Assembly (NCBI RefSeq): GCF_000757865.1
Contig: NZ_CP007754.1
Coordinates: 1,710,001-1,742,000, forward strand
From: Prochlorococcus sp. MIT 0801
GTDB taxonomy: Bacteria > Cyanobacteriota > Cyanobacteriia > PCC-6307 > Cyanobiaceae
Reading direction: 5' to 3'
DNA length: 32,000 nt
The notes under the pieces were generated by a model. It was not told where the DNA came from. It made no database searches and saw only the letters and a program-made list of their open reading frames with translations. Shown here piece by piece: positions 10,223-19,134 of the stretch; within the stretch, counting starts at the first letter, position 1; every line of letters starts with the position of its first letter. The position numbers and the translations under genes were made by a program.

Positions 10223-10603
10223 ATCTCATATAAACCTTTAAATCCATTTGATTGACTAGATTTTAAAGGATGAAAAAGCATAAAAAGAAGAGTATCAAGT
10301 CCTGGGTTTTCTTAATTGTCTATTTAAGAGGCAATTAAAAGCTCTTTAGACAAATTAAGATCATTGAGGCTCCTTAGTCTATGAGTTAGGGAATAAAAGG
10401 TGAATTAAGAATTCAAATCCCAAGCATTTATATTAACTAACTGAATAAAGCTAATGTTTAATCTAAAAGTGAGGATTCCTTCCTTTACATAGACAAAAAA
10501 ACTTAACCTCAAGATGGTAATGGATATTAACCATAATGAGACTCAAAGTTCTATTTTGACTCAAATTAATGCTTTTACAAAAAACATAGGCAAAAGTATC
10601 TAG

Positions 10604-11878
10604 TCAAAGATTTCTTTTTATTGACTGACCTCGTCTAGATACAGATAAACAAAAGCCAAGACTTATAAAATTAACAAATAAGGCAGTTCTTCCATAACTC
10701 ATAAAAGGTAAAGGGATTCCTGTCACAGGACCTAATCCAATAGTCATAAATATATTCACCATAATTTGAAAGATAAACATTGAAGTTATTCCAATCACAA
10801 GCAAAGATTCAAAATCAGTTCGCGCCTCGATAGCTACTTTTATTAATCGCAAAATTAGAGTAAAAAATAAAAATAAGACCAATAAAGTTCCTAAAAAACC
10901 TGTCTCTTCTCCAAGAGCACTAAAAATGAAATCAGTATGTTGCTCTGGAATGAATTTTAATTTAGTTAATTGACCTTGCATCAGACCTGACCCAAACAAT
11001 CCTCCAGATCCAATGCCTATTTTGCTTTGAAGCATGTGATATCCACCACCTAAAGGATCTTGGCTAGGATTAAGAAAAAGGATTAGTCGATCTCTTTGGT
11101 AATCTCTTAAAACAGATTCCCACATCCAAGAAGAGATTTTCGCTATGAATAAATGAAAAAAGACAACGAATAAAGTGAGTAATTTTTTTTGATTTTGCAG
11201 AGACTTATACGACAAAAAACCAATGATTGGAATCCAAATAAAAAGTCCAATTTGATATGAGTATGCAAGTAATCCCGTAATCAAAGTAGCCAAAATAATA
11301 AACGCCCACTCAAATGGCATCCCAGCCCAATACAACATTCCAAGAAGTATTGCTCCAAAGACAAGAGATGTTCCAAGATCAGGTTGTATAAAAACCAAAA
11401 TCCAAGGCAAAAAGGAAACTAATAAAGGTTTAATTAAATGAGACAAATCAGAAAACCTTTTTCGATCTAAGATAGAAGCCAAGACAAGTATTAAGGTTAA
11501 TTTTGCAAACTCAGAGGGTTGAATATACAAGCCAGCAAAGCTCAACCATCTTTTTGCTCCCAAGGCAGAAGTCCCACTAAAATTCACATATAAAAGTATT
11601 GAAATAGTCAAAAAATATATTGTTAAAATATATTTTCGAAGATCTTGCAAAGGGAACTGAGCTAAAAAATAAACAACCAAATACCCTATATAAGCAATAA
11701 TTGCATGTTGATACCAATCTGTAATCCCAAGATTTCTTTGAGTACTTGCAATTAACAAACAAGACAAATGTACTAAAATAAAGGGGACAACCCAAATTAC
11801 TAAATCAATATTTTTCCAATTTCTTTTGTTTCTAACTATTTTAAAAGAAGATATTTTATTTCGACCAAAACCCATCAT
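10604..11878 (-). CDS. SEDS-family peptidoglycan polymerase (RodA/FtsW family)
   Basis: 424-aa polytopic membrane protein with QPSEFAKL, IQPDLGT, IPEQHTDFIFS and GIPLPFMSYG motifs typical of the family. I cannot separate RodA from FtsW by eye. Confidence 0.85.
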   Translation of the reverse strand: MMGFGRNKISSFKIVRNKRNWKNIDLVIWVVPFILVHLSCLLIASTQRNLGITDWYQHAIIAYIGYLVVYFLAQFPLQDLRKYILTIYFLTISILLYVNFSGTSALGAKRWLSFAGLYIQPSEFAKLTLILVLASILDRKRFSDLSHLIKPLLVSFLPWILVFIQPDLGTSLVFGAILLGMLYWAGMPFEWAFIILATLITGLLAYSYQIGLFIWIPIIGFLSYKSLQNQKKLLTLFVVFFHLFIAKISSWMWESVLRDYQRDRLILFLNPSQDPLGGGYHMLQSKIGIGSGGLFGSGLMQGQLTKLKFIPEQHTDFIFSALGEETGFLGTLLVLFLFFTLILRLIKVAIEARTDFESLLVIGITSMFIFQIMVNIFMTIGLGPVTGIPLPFMSYGRTALFVNFISLGFCLSVSRRGQSIKRNL

Positions 11879-11887
11879 TAATTTAAA

Positions 11888-12973
11888 TCACTGTTTAACA
11901 GATAATGCATTACACAAAGTTCCAGCAAGTTCTAAGAATACTTTTGCTGTTATTGAATCTCTAGATGTATGAACGACAGGTAGATCCTTACCTGTGCCTG
12001 AAAAAGTATCAGTCTCTATTGGAATCTGAGAGAGTAAAGGGACATTGTTCTCTTTAGCTAATTGACTACCTCCTCCTGAACCAAAAATCTCGTATGATTT
12101 TTGTGGCTGATCTGGAGGAATAAAGTAGGTCATATTTTCTATAACTCCGAGTACAGGAATATTCATTTGTTTAAACATTGCTAAGCCTCTTCTTGAGTCT
12201 TGAAGAGATACATTTTGTGGAGTTGTAACTATTATCACACCTGCCATGGGAACTGCCTGAGCCAAAGAAAGTTGGGCATCTCCGGTCCCAGGAGGAAGAT
12301 CTACTATTAAGAAATCACGTTCACCCCAAGAAGCTTGATATAAAAATTGTCGAATAATTCCATTAAGCATAGGGCCACGCCAAATTACTGGCTGATTTTG
12401 ATCAATTAATAATCCCATTGAAACCATTCCAATACCACAAGTTTCAATGGGAATAATCTTTTGCTCTGCACCAGAGCCACTTACTTCAGGAGTTATTTCG
12501 CTAACACCAAGCATATACGGCGTATTTGGCCCATAAATATCAGCATCAAGCAAGCCAACCTTAAAACCTTTTTGACTTAGTGCACAAGCCAAATTTACGG
12601 CAACAGTACTTTTTCCAACACCACCTTTACCACTACTTATAGCGATAACATTTTTCACTTTTGGTATTGCAGTTAATCCCTGAGATTGACCACCATGACC
12701 GGCTTGACCAATAGGAGACTCCTTAGATGGAGATGAATCACCTATCTCAATTTGTACTTCTTCTATATCTTCCAATGACTTAATGCTTTCCCTAATATCA
12801 TCTGCCATTTGACCTCTTTGAGCTATCGCAAAATTAGGGAGATTTAGTCTTACAACAATTTTCGGTGGCTTTACTGAAACTATTTCAAGCCATCCGAGTT
12901 CAACAATAGATCGTTCACTTCCTACATCCTTTACTGAATGAAACGCTTTTAAAACCTTCTCGTTGGTTTTCAT
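11888..12973 (-). CDS. Mrp/ApbC/NBP35-type Fe-S cluster carrier ATPase
   Basis: N-terminal DUF59-like segment followed by the deviant Walker A SSGKGGVGKSTV and DLPPGTGD. The gene lies 9 nt upstream of the SEDS gene. Confidence 0.9.
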   Translation of the reverse strand: MKTNEKVLKAFHSVKDVGSERSIVELGWLEIVSVKPPKIVVRLNLPNFAIAQRGQMADDIRESIKSLEDIEEVQIEIGDSSPSKESPIGQAGHGGQSQGLTAIPKVKNVIAISSGKGGVGKSTVAVNLACALSQKGFKVGLLDADIYGPNTPYMLGVSEITPEVSGSGAEQKIIPIETCGIGMVSMGLLIDQNQPVIWRGPMLNGIIRQFLYQASWGERDFLIVDLPPGTGDAQLSLAQAVPMAGVIIVTTPQNVSLQDSRRGLAMFKQMNIPVLGVIENMTYFIPPDQPQKSYEIFGSGGGSQLAKENNVPLLSQIPIETDTFSGTGKDLPVVHTSRDSITAKVFLELAGTLCNALSVKQ

Positions 12974-13153
12974 TCTTAATTTCTATTACATTTGATGATA
13001 GTAAAAAATTCGGCACATATTCCACCTCATGTTCCAATGATATTGCCTTTAGTAATAAGTAAAAACTATTCGCAATACAAACTTTTCCCATATTGGTGTG
13101 AAATGTGCATCATTTGAAAGTATTTTTTTAAAGAAAGCAAAATACAATTAATT

Positions 13154-14200
13154 TTGTCCTCCTCACAAGATAACGCCAATTTACCGGCAAACAATTCAAG
13201 AGATCGCGCAAAAAAGCTTGTTTTAGAGCTTCAAGATGAAATTTGTACTGGCTTAGAGACTATTGATGGAGAAGGCAAATTCCTAGAAGAATCTTGGGAG
13301 AGACCAGAGGGTGGTGGTGGACGCTCAAGAGTCTTGAAAGATGGAAAAATCTTTGAACAAGGAGGGGTAAATTTTTCTGAGGTACATGGCAATGAACTTC
13401 CACCCTCAATCATTAGCCAAAGACCAGAAGCAAAAGGTCACTCTTGGTTTGCGACAGGAACATCAATGGTTCTTCACCCCAAAAGTCCATACATACCAAC
13501 CGTTCATCTTAATTACAGATATTTCGAAGCAGGTCCTGTTTGGTGGTTTGGGGGAGGGGCTGATTTGACACCTTTCTATCCATATCTATCTGACACGCGT
13601 CACTTTCACTCATGCCATAAAACTGCATGTGACACAATTGATAAAGATCTACATAAGGTTTTCAAACCTTGGTGTGACGAATATTTCTTTCTAAAACATA
13701 GAAATGAGACTAGAGGAGTTGGAGGTATTTTTTATGACTATCAAAATGGATCCGGCTTGCTTTATAAAGGACAAAATGCCAATGGGAAGGCCTCTAAAAT
13801 CTCAAAAGATCTAGGGGACTATTCTTTGAATTGGGAAAATCTTTTTTCACTTGCCAAAGCATGCGGGCAGGCATTTTTGCCCTCCTATGAGCCAATAATA
13901 AAAAAGCGAAAAAATCAAAGCTTTTCAACTAAAGAAAGAGACTTTCAACTTTATAGACGAGGTAGATATGCTGAGTTCAATTTGGTATGGGATAGAGGAA
14001 CCATCTTTGGATTACAAACGAATGGAAGAACGGAGTCAATATTGATGTCATTACCTCCCTTAGCAAGATGGGAGTATGGATATAAGCCAGAAGAAAATTC
14101 ACGTGAGGCTCTACTAACAGATTTATTTACTAAGCCTCAAGATTGGTTTACAGATAAATCTTTAGAGGAGAGGTGTTTAACTCATCAAGCATTGGATTAG
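13154..14200 (+). CDS. hemF: Oxygen-dependent coproporphyrinogen III oxidase
   Basis: Motifs [20 protein letters not shown] and [25 protein letters not shown] start as tracked. Confidence 0.9.
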   Translation: MSSSQDNANLPANNSRDRAKKLVLELQDEICTGLETIDGEGKFLEESWERPEGGGGRSRVLKDGKIFEQGGVNFSEVHGNELPPSIISQRPEAKGHSWFATGTSMVLHPKSPYIPTVHLNYRYFEAGPVWWFGGGADLTPFYPYLSDTRHFHSCHKTACDTIDKDLHKVFKPWCDEYFFLKHRNETRGVGGIFYDYQNGSGLLYKGQNANGKASKISKDLGDYSLNWENLFSLAKACGQAFLPSYEPIIKKRKNQSFSTKERDFQLYRRGRYAEFNLVWDRGTIFGLQTNGRTESILMSLPPLARWEYGYKPEENSREALLTDLFTKPQDWFTDKSLEERCLTHQALD

Positions 14201-14211
14201 ATGCTGAACTT

Positions 14212-14967
14212 CTAGATTATTCCATTTATAAAAGCTTGAACTATTTTAGTTGCAAGGAGCTTTATTGTTTTTTGCCTAGTTTTTAGATTTCTGAGATTTT
14301 GTTCTAGTAAACCCTCTAATTTCCCAATTTCAAGAACCCTTATTTGCCTTCTTGGAGCACCTAAACCTCCTCTAAATAAAACAGGGAACCGTCCAAATGT
14401 TCTGGCGATTGACTCGTCTATTTTATTTGGTGTCTCAGAAAAAGGAGGGATTAATCCTGAACCAACTCCATACATACCATATGCATCAAAATGAATCTCA
14501 ATCGCATACCCACCACGTTTAGCGAATCTCTTTCCTACTGACCAATTCGTTCTCGGATCATTAGCATCATCTATATTTCTTATTTCTGGGTCATAAGATC
14601 TGATATTTAAACCTTTTTTTTTACCAAGTTTAACAATTGATTTTTGTAATTTTAAATTCCAAAAAAGTTCATCACTAATTTCTGGATGCATGGGATTCAA
14701 ACCAAACTTATCCACCGCTTCCCCAGGTGTGCCAGCACCAGCAAATCCCTGAGAATCTGCGTGGCCAGCTAATATTAAGATAGGGATATTTTTATCTACA
14801 TCTTTAGTGCCAACCCAAGTTGCAGGAAGATTAGAAACTTCCCCAATGATTAGTTCAAAATTTTCTTTAAAATTAAAATTCCTAGTGTAATAAAGTTGAG
14901 AAAAAGCATAAAAGGTAATTAAAAAAAATATTAATTTTAAACTGGCTAACACTTTATTTCTCACCAC
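14212..14967 (-). CDS. Membrane-anchored protein, possibly a MurNAc-L-alanine amidase-like fold
   Basis: N-terminal hydrophobic segment. ILAGHADSQG...GE...AIEIHFDA loosely resembles the His/Glu/His zinc-ligand spacing of Amidase_3 enzymes. The functional call is tentative. Confidence 0.4.
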   Translation of the reverse strand: MVRNKVLASLKLIFFLITFYAFSQLYYTRNFNFKENFELIIGEVSNLPATWVGTKDVDKNIPILILAGHADSQGFAGAGTPGEAVDKFGLNPMHPEISDELFWNLKLQKSIVKLGKKKGLNIRSYDPEIRNIDDANDPRTNWSVGKRFAKRGGYAIEIHFDAYGMYGVGSGLIPPFSETPNKIDESIARTFGRFPVLFRGGLGAPRRQIRVLEIGKLEGLLEQNLRNLKTRQKTIKLLATKIVQAFINGII

Positions 14968-14976
14968 TATTTCTAA

Positions 14977-15534
14977 TTAAATAGGAGAAGAAAGTAGAGA
15001 GTTTTCACTACTAAGCTCAAGACTTTCAGATAATTCCAACTGAATTGCGATCAGCTCATCACGATGAGCTTTGATTCGTAAAATGCTCATATCAGATAAA
15101 TCTGAACTTAATAACTTAACTTCTAATGATTCCTCTCGTTTGGATTTAATACGATAAATAATTCCAGCTAGAGGTGCACCAATAGCAGCCAGTAGTAAAG
15201 GCCACCAACTCAAAGAGGGATAAAGCTGAATTAGAACAAGACCTAAGCAGGCTGACCCCACTCCTCCTAGGCAAGATAAAAAGATCACCAAAAAAGCACT
15301 AGAAGCAACATTGCCACTAAAGATCAACAATTTCTCTTCAACATTGCCTCCATTTTTTTTCCAGCCACGTTCTTCCAACCAAAAACTAATGCCTTTCAAA
15401 ACTTCCAAAGGAGGCAAAGGAGACTGAACATCTACAATTGTTGTGCGGTCCTTACTAGCAGCTCGCAAAAAAAATCCCAAGCCTATCGCTAACAGGATAG
15501 TGAGAAATAAAGTTGAGGAGAATGCAAATTGCAT
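14977..15534 (-). CDS. Conserved-looking membrane protein of unknown function
   Basis: 185 aa with an N-terminal transmembrane segment, two central hydrophobic segments and an acidic/Ser-rich tail. It lies 9 nt upstream of the previous ORF. Confidence 0.55.
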   Translation of the reverse strand: MQFAFSSTLFLTILLAIGLGFFLRAASKDRTTIVDVQSPLPPLEVLKGISFWLEERGWKKNGGNVEEKLLIFSGNVASSAFLVIFLSCLGGVGSACLGLVLIQLYPSLSWWPLLLAAIGAPLAGIIYRIKSKREESLEVKLLSSDLSDMSILRIKAHRDELIAIQLELSESLELSSENSLLSSPI

Positions 15535-15720
15535 CTCAAAAATACGATCCCTTTTATTTTAATTGTTCTTGAAAACATAGCTACAAAAATGAGCTAAAAA
15601 AATCAAAAGATATTAGAAAAAATAAAATCGTTGATTTTCCTGAATATTTTTCATCATTTGAGGTACTAGAATTAGATCATAAAGAAATTATTGATGAATT
15701 AAATTCCCATTAAATTTGTT

Positions 15721-16365
15721 ATGCCACAAAAACTTGATGAACCCTCGAGTTTCAAGATCTTTGATCAAGACATAGATAATGAAACTGAACTTGCTTTAAG
15801 CTCATCTTCAGATTTAGCAATTGATACCGAAGCCATGGGATTAATTCATGGTAGAGATCGGCTTTGTTTAATACAAATATGTGATGAATTTGATAATGTT
15901 ATTTGTATTCGTATAGAACGAAATCAACATTCAGCACCACACTTAAAATCTATTCTTGAGAACAAAAAAATTGAAAAAGTCTTTCATTTTGCAAGATTTG
16001 ATGTCGCTGCCTTAGCAAGTAATCTAAATATTGATGTTAATCCAATTTTTTGTACAAAAATCGCAAGTAAAATAGGAAGAACTTACAGTCCAAGACATGG
16101 ATTAAAAGAAGTAGTTATGGAAACTGTTGGAGTGGAATTAGACAAACAAGCTCAAAGCAGTGACTGGGGAAAAATTGGTGATTTAACTCAAAAACAACTT
16201 ATCTATGCTGCTAATGATGTTAGATATTTACTAGGCGCAAAATACAAACTTGAAGAGATGTTGAAACGTGAAGAAAGATGGTTATTAGCCCAAAAATGTT
16301 TCCAATGCGTACCAGTTTTGTCCGAGCTTGATAGAAGAAGATTTACAAATATTTTTGATCATTAG
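15721..16365 (+). CDS. DEDD-family 3'-5' exonuclease (RNase D-like domain)
   Basis: ExoI motif AIDTEAMGL, HFARFD, and ExoIII-like YAANDVRYL. Confidence 0.8.
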   Translation: MPQKLDEPSSFKIFDQDIDNETELALSSSSDLAIDTEAMGLIHGRDRLCLIQICDEFDNVICIRIERNQHSAPHLKSILENKKIEKVFHFARFDVAALASNLNIDVNPIFCTKIASKIGRTYSPRHGLKEVVMETVGVELDKQAQSSDWGKIGDLTQKQLIYAANDVRYLLGAKYKLEEMLKREERWLLAQKCFQCVPVLSELDRRRFTNIFDH

Positions 16366-16386
16366 TTTTTTCAACCTAAAAATTTA

Positions 16387-16656
16387 TTAATCCTCAAGCA
16401 TAAAATTCTCCTCTTCTTTTAGAGCCTTTAATAATTGATCAAATGATGCAGCGGCAGATAAACTTTGTTTTTTATCCTCATTTAAAGTTTGTACAAGGAA
16501 ACTTTGAGCAATTTCTTTTCTAGATTGCAAATCTTTTTTCCCTTCTTTAGCTGCCGCGACCTCTACTTTTCGTCGAGCGGCTGAAATACTAATACTTAAA
16601 GATGATGCTAACTGAGCACAAATTTTAAGATAATGATGATCTTCAATTAGTGGCAT
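16387..16656 (-). CDS. Hypothetical 89-aa helical protein
   Basis: Clean ORF 55 nt downstream of the lpxB-related gene on the same strand. No motif recognised. Confidence 0.5.
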   Translation of the reverse strand: MPLIEDHHYLKICAQLASSLSISISAARRKVEVAAAKEGKKDLQSRKEIAQSFLVQTLNEDKKQSLSAAASFDQLLKALKEEENFMLED

Positions 16657-16711
16657 ATGGAGAAGATTGAATAGAAAATCTTCATAAAATCTTTTATTAG
16701 ATTACACCTCA

Positions 16712-17932
16712 CTATGAGCCCTGGGACAAGTAATTCGAAATACTAAGTGCTATGGAGTGACTTCCGCCCTCTCGGCCCATTCTTTGAGCCCCTCTTAAGC
16801 CAATAATCTCTCTATCAAAATCAGAGTTCAGTAAAAACTCCACTTGTTTTGCGAGAGTTTCATAACCCTTAGCAATAGCCACCGAACCTCCTAATAAACG
16901 ACTTTGACGCTTAGCAAAATTGAAATTAAATTGGTGTCCTTTTGCTGGCAAGGACACGCATGGGATGCCTAAACCTACTAATTGTTCTGTAGCTGTACCT
17001 GCATTAGCTACTCCTACTTCTCCCCACTTAGCCCAACAAGAAAATTGATTAACGCCAATCAATATAAGTAGTGAGTTTTTTTTCCATATTTCTGAAATCC
17101 CATGTTGGTCTATTGATTGATAAGTAGATTTAAAGCCTAAGTCCATCAGTATTAAAGCTATTTTTTTTCTCATTGCAGAAGAACTTAAAGGAACAAAGAC
17201 TGCAATGGAAGATTTAATTCGAATAAACTGAATTGCAATTAAAAGTTTTTGAAAATTCTGATACGCCTCAGGCAAACGACTTCCACATAACAAAGTCAAA
17301 CGTCTATATCTTTTAAAGTCACTAGGACATTCTCTTTTAGAAATTCCATCCATCATTGGATTGCCCGGCGACAGTGCCTTTACGCCATGATTTCTCAAAC
17401 CTCTAGCAGTGATTTTGTCTCTTACTGCAACCATCTCGCAACGACTAGATCGCATCAACCAATATTCCCATGGATCCCACTCAGTTCCTTTCAATCGATG
17501 GTAACAATCACTCAAAGCGGATCTTGGCCCACTGGTCCATGTGTAATCACTTTTAGGAGTGCCAATAAAAAAATAATTCGCCCCAGAAGCCCATGCAAAA
17601 AGAAGAGGTAATAAATCTCCAACTGCAACGATAATTCTTCCTTCTTTGGCTGCTCTATGAATCAAAGTCCATTGCCCCCAAAGACTTCCTAACAATCCGG
17701 CTTTTAAATCTAAAACCAAACCACTAAAACTCTGATTACTAAATCCTCCGCTTGGCAAAAATGTTGAGGGGCCAATCTTTGCAAGCCAACCATTTTTTAC
17801 AAGCGTTGAAAATGCTTTCCCATCTCCAACCATTGGGAGAACTTCTTGGGAGATATTTGGATTCATTTCATGGAGAGCTTCTATAACCCTGCAAGCAATC
17901 GTGTCTTCTCCATGTCCATTACAAAGAAACAA
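16712..17932 (-). CDS. Lipid-A-disaccharide synthase-related glycosyltransferase-like protein (start trimmed to TTG)
   Basis: The N-terminal FLCNGHGEDTIA and the length of about 400 aa match my recollection of the cyanobacterial lpxB-related family. The tracked ORF's first roughly 68 codons run antisense through tRNA-Cys and are rejected. An in-frame TTG lies at 17930-17932. Confidence 0.65.
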   Translation of the reverse strand: MFLCNGHGEDTIACRVIEALHEMNPNISQEVLPMVGDGKAFSTLVKNGWLAKIGPSTFLPSGGFSNQSFSGLVLDLKAGLLGSLWGQWTLIHRAAKEGRIIVAVGDLLPLLFAWASGANYFFIGTPKSDYTWTSGPRSALSDCYHRLKGTEWDPWEYWLMRSSRCEMVAVRDKITARGLRNHGVKALSPGNPMMDGISKRECPSDFKRYRRLTLLCGSRLPEAYQNFQKLLIAIQFIRIKSSIAVFVPLSSSAMRKKIALILMDLGFKSTYQSIDQHGISEIWKKNSLLILIGVNQFSCWAKWGEVGVANAGTATEQLVGLGIPCVSLPAKGHQFNFNFAKRQSRLLGGSVAIAKGYETLAKQVEFLLNSDFDREIIGLRGAQRMGREGGSHSIALSISNYLSQGS

Positions 17933-17989
17933 AAGATTTTGTTCGGTTTGACTGATACGATTTCTATTGGAAATGAAACTTTCATTTTC

Positions 17990-18060
17990 GGCGGCATGGC
18001 CAAGTGGTAAGGCAGAGGATTGCAAATCCTTTATCCCCAGTTCGAATCTGGGTGCCGCCT
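17990..18060 (+). tRNA. tRNA-Cys (anticodon GCA)
   Basis: Hand-folded 71-nt cloverleaf. Acceptor stem ggcggca/tgccgcc. Anticodon stem gagga/tcctt with loop ttGCAaa. T arm cccag-ttcgaat-ctggg. Discriminator U as expected for Cys. Confidence 0.92.
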
Positions 18061-18401
18061 TAATTATTATTCGTTTAATTTTCCTGCAGACGACTTCCAG
18101 TAAAATGCTCCAGGTGTAGCGAGTAGCAAGTTTCAAGAAGATTCAGAAGTTAATTAATTGAGCTTGGTACATTATCTAAATATTGATCATATATCCATTC
18201 TTACAGTTAGTCCCTAAAAGAACCACTAGCGAAAAGCTTGTATGGAATCAGAATGACAAATGTTTACATCTTATTTTCACTAATTGATTAAATATTTTTT
18301 GTAAATGTTATGAAGGTTTTTTTTCATTACAATTAAATAGAAGAATTCACATAGAAACATTATTCATGAATTAATATTAACCATATTAATCAATAAGAAC
18401 A

Positions 18402-18833
18402 GTGTCTGATCAAATTGAGTTCAGTTCTTTTTATAAATTATTAAATTCAATAAAGGAAGGTAAATCTGAAAAAATACCTTTACTAGATGAAACAATCAAT
18501 GACTTCAAAAATGGTAATAACTCGAAAAGTTTTCTTGATGAACTAGGATCTCTTTATCTCTATATAGGTATCACAGAATTATATAATTTTACGAATACAA
18601 GAGATCTCCAAGAAATTGGACTTATCGATAAAGAAGGATGGGAAACTTTATCTTCTACAAATCAACAAGAATTACCTGTATACCTAGCTAATAAAATGAT
18701 TGAGTACATTAAAGAAAATAAAAAAGTAAAGGAAATGTCCAATAAGTGGAATATTAAAGAAGGTGAAATACGAAAGCATATAACTAAAATGGCAAGATAT
18801 ATAACTGAAGGAATTATTGATGTAATTGAATAG
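18402..18833 (+). CDS. Orphan hypothetical protein (143 aa, Glu/Lys/Ile/Asn-rich)
   Basis: A 143-codon open frame in very AT-rich DNA, where stop codons should be frequent. The only start after the upstream stop (18387-18389) is GTG at 18402. The first in-frame ATG is about 100 codons in. Confidence 0.45.
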   Translation: MSDQIEFSSFYKLLNSIKEGKSEKIPLLDETINDFKNGNNSKSFLDELGSLYLYIGITELYNFTNTRDLQEIGLIDKEGWETLSSTNQQELPVYLANKMIEYIKENKKVKEMSNKWNIKEGEIRKHITKMARYITEGIIDVIE

Positions 18834-18904
18834 TATTAAATATAGATTAACTCTTTATATATACAATCTATTAAAAACTTTTATGTAAATAGATAAATTC
18901 TAAA

Positions 18905-19084
18905 TTAATAATCATTATCTGCCACACAAATACCTAGACATCTTATACCGTTACCTGAAGTTCTTCCACAATGATTACATAGAACTTTTTCTTGTTGATC
19001 TTTACTTTCATTCTCTTGATGTTTTTTTTCGCTATTGTGCATTTTTTCAAAAGGAGAGTCTTGAAAACTATTTAATTTATTCAT
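18905..19084 (-). CDS. Untracked 59-aa protein with a C-terminal four-Cys motif
   Basis: My translation is MNKLNSFQDSPFEKMHNSEKKHQENESKDQQEKVLCNHCGRTSGNGIRCLGICVADNDY. ATG at 19082-19084 and TAA at 18905-18907. It falls just under the track's 60-aa cutoff. Cysteine spacing is CxxC-x9-CxxxC. Confidence 0.5.
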   Translation of the reverse strand: MNKLNSFQDSPFEKMHNSEKKHQENESKDQQEKVLCNHCGRTSGNGIRCLGICVADNDY

Positions 19085-19134
19085 GTAAGATAATAATATT
19101 AGTTTTCTTTATTTGAAATAACATCAATGAAGTC

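Noticed and set aside
16662-16683. Hairpin gaagatt-N8-aatcttc between the lpxB-related gene and the 89-aa ORF
   Set aside because: The stem is AU-rich, and no U-tract follows in the direction of transcription. It more likely has no terminator function.
17933-18136. N-terminal 68 codons of the tracked 474-aa ORF
   Set aside because: They are the antisense of tRNA-Cys and its flanks. The family-typical N-terminus begins after this segment.
18901-18919. Fur-box-like sequence taaattaataatcattatc, matching 15 of 19 positions of GATAATGATAATCATTATC
   Set aside because: It lies over the stop codon of the 59-aa ORF in a convergent 3' gap rather than in a promoter. Such AT-rich matches are expected by chance in this genome.
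18061-19134. Searched for a direct repeat of the tRNA-Cys 3' end (att-like scar) downstream of the tRNA
   Set aside because: None was seen by eye, so the island interpretation remains only compositional and contextual.
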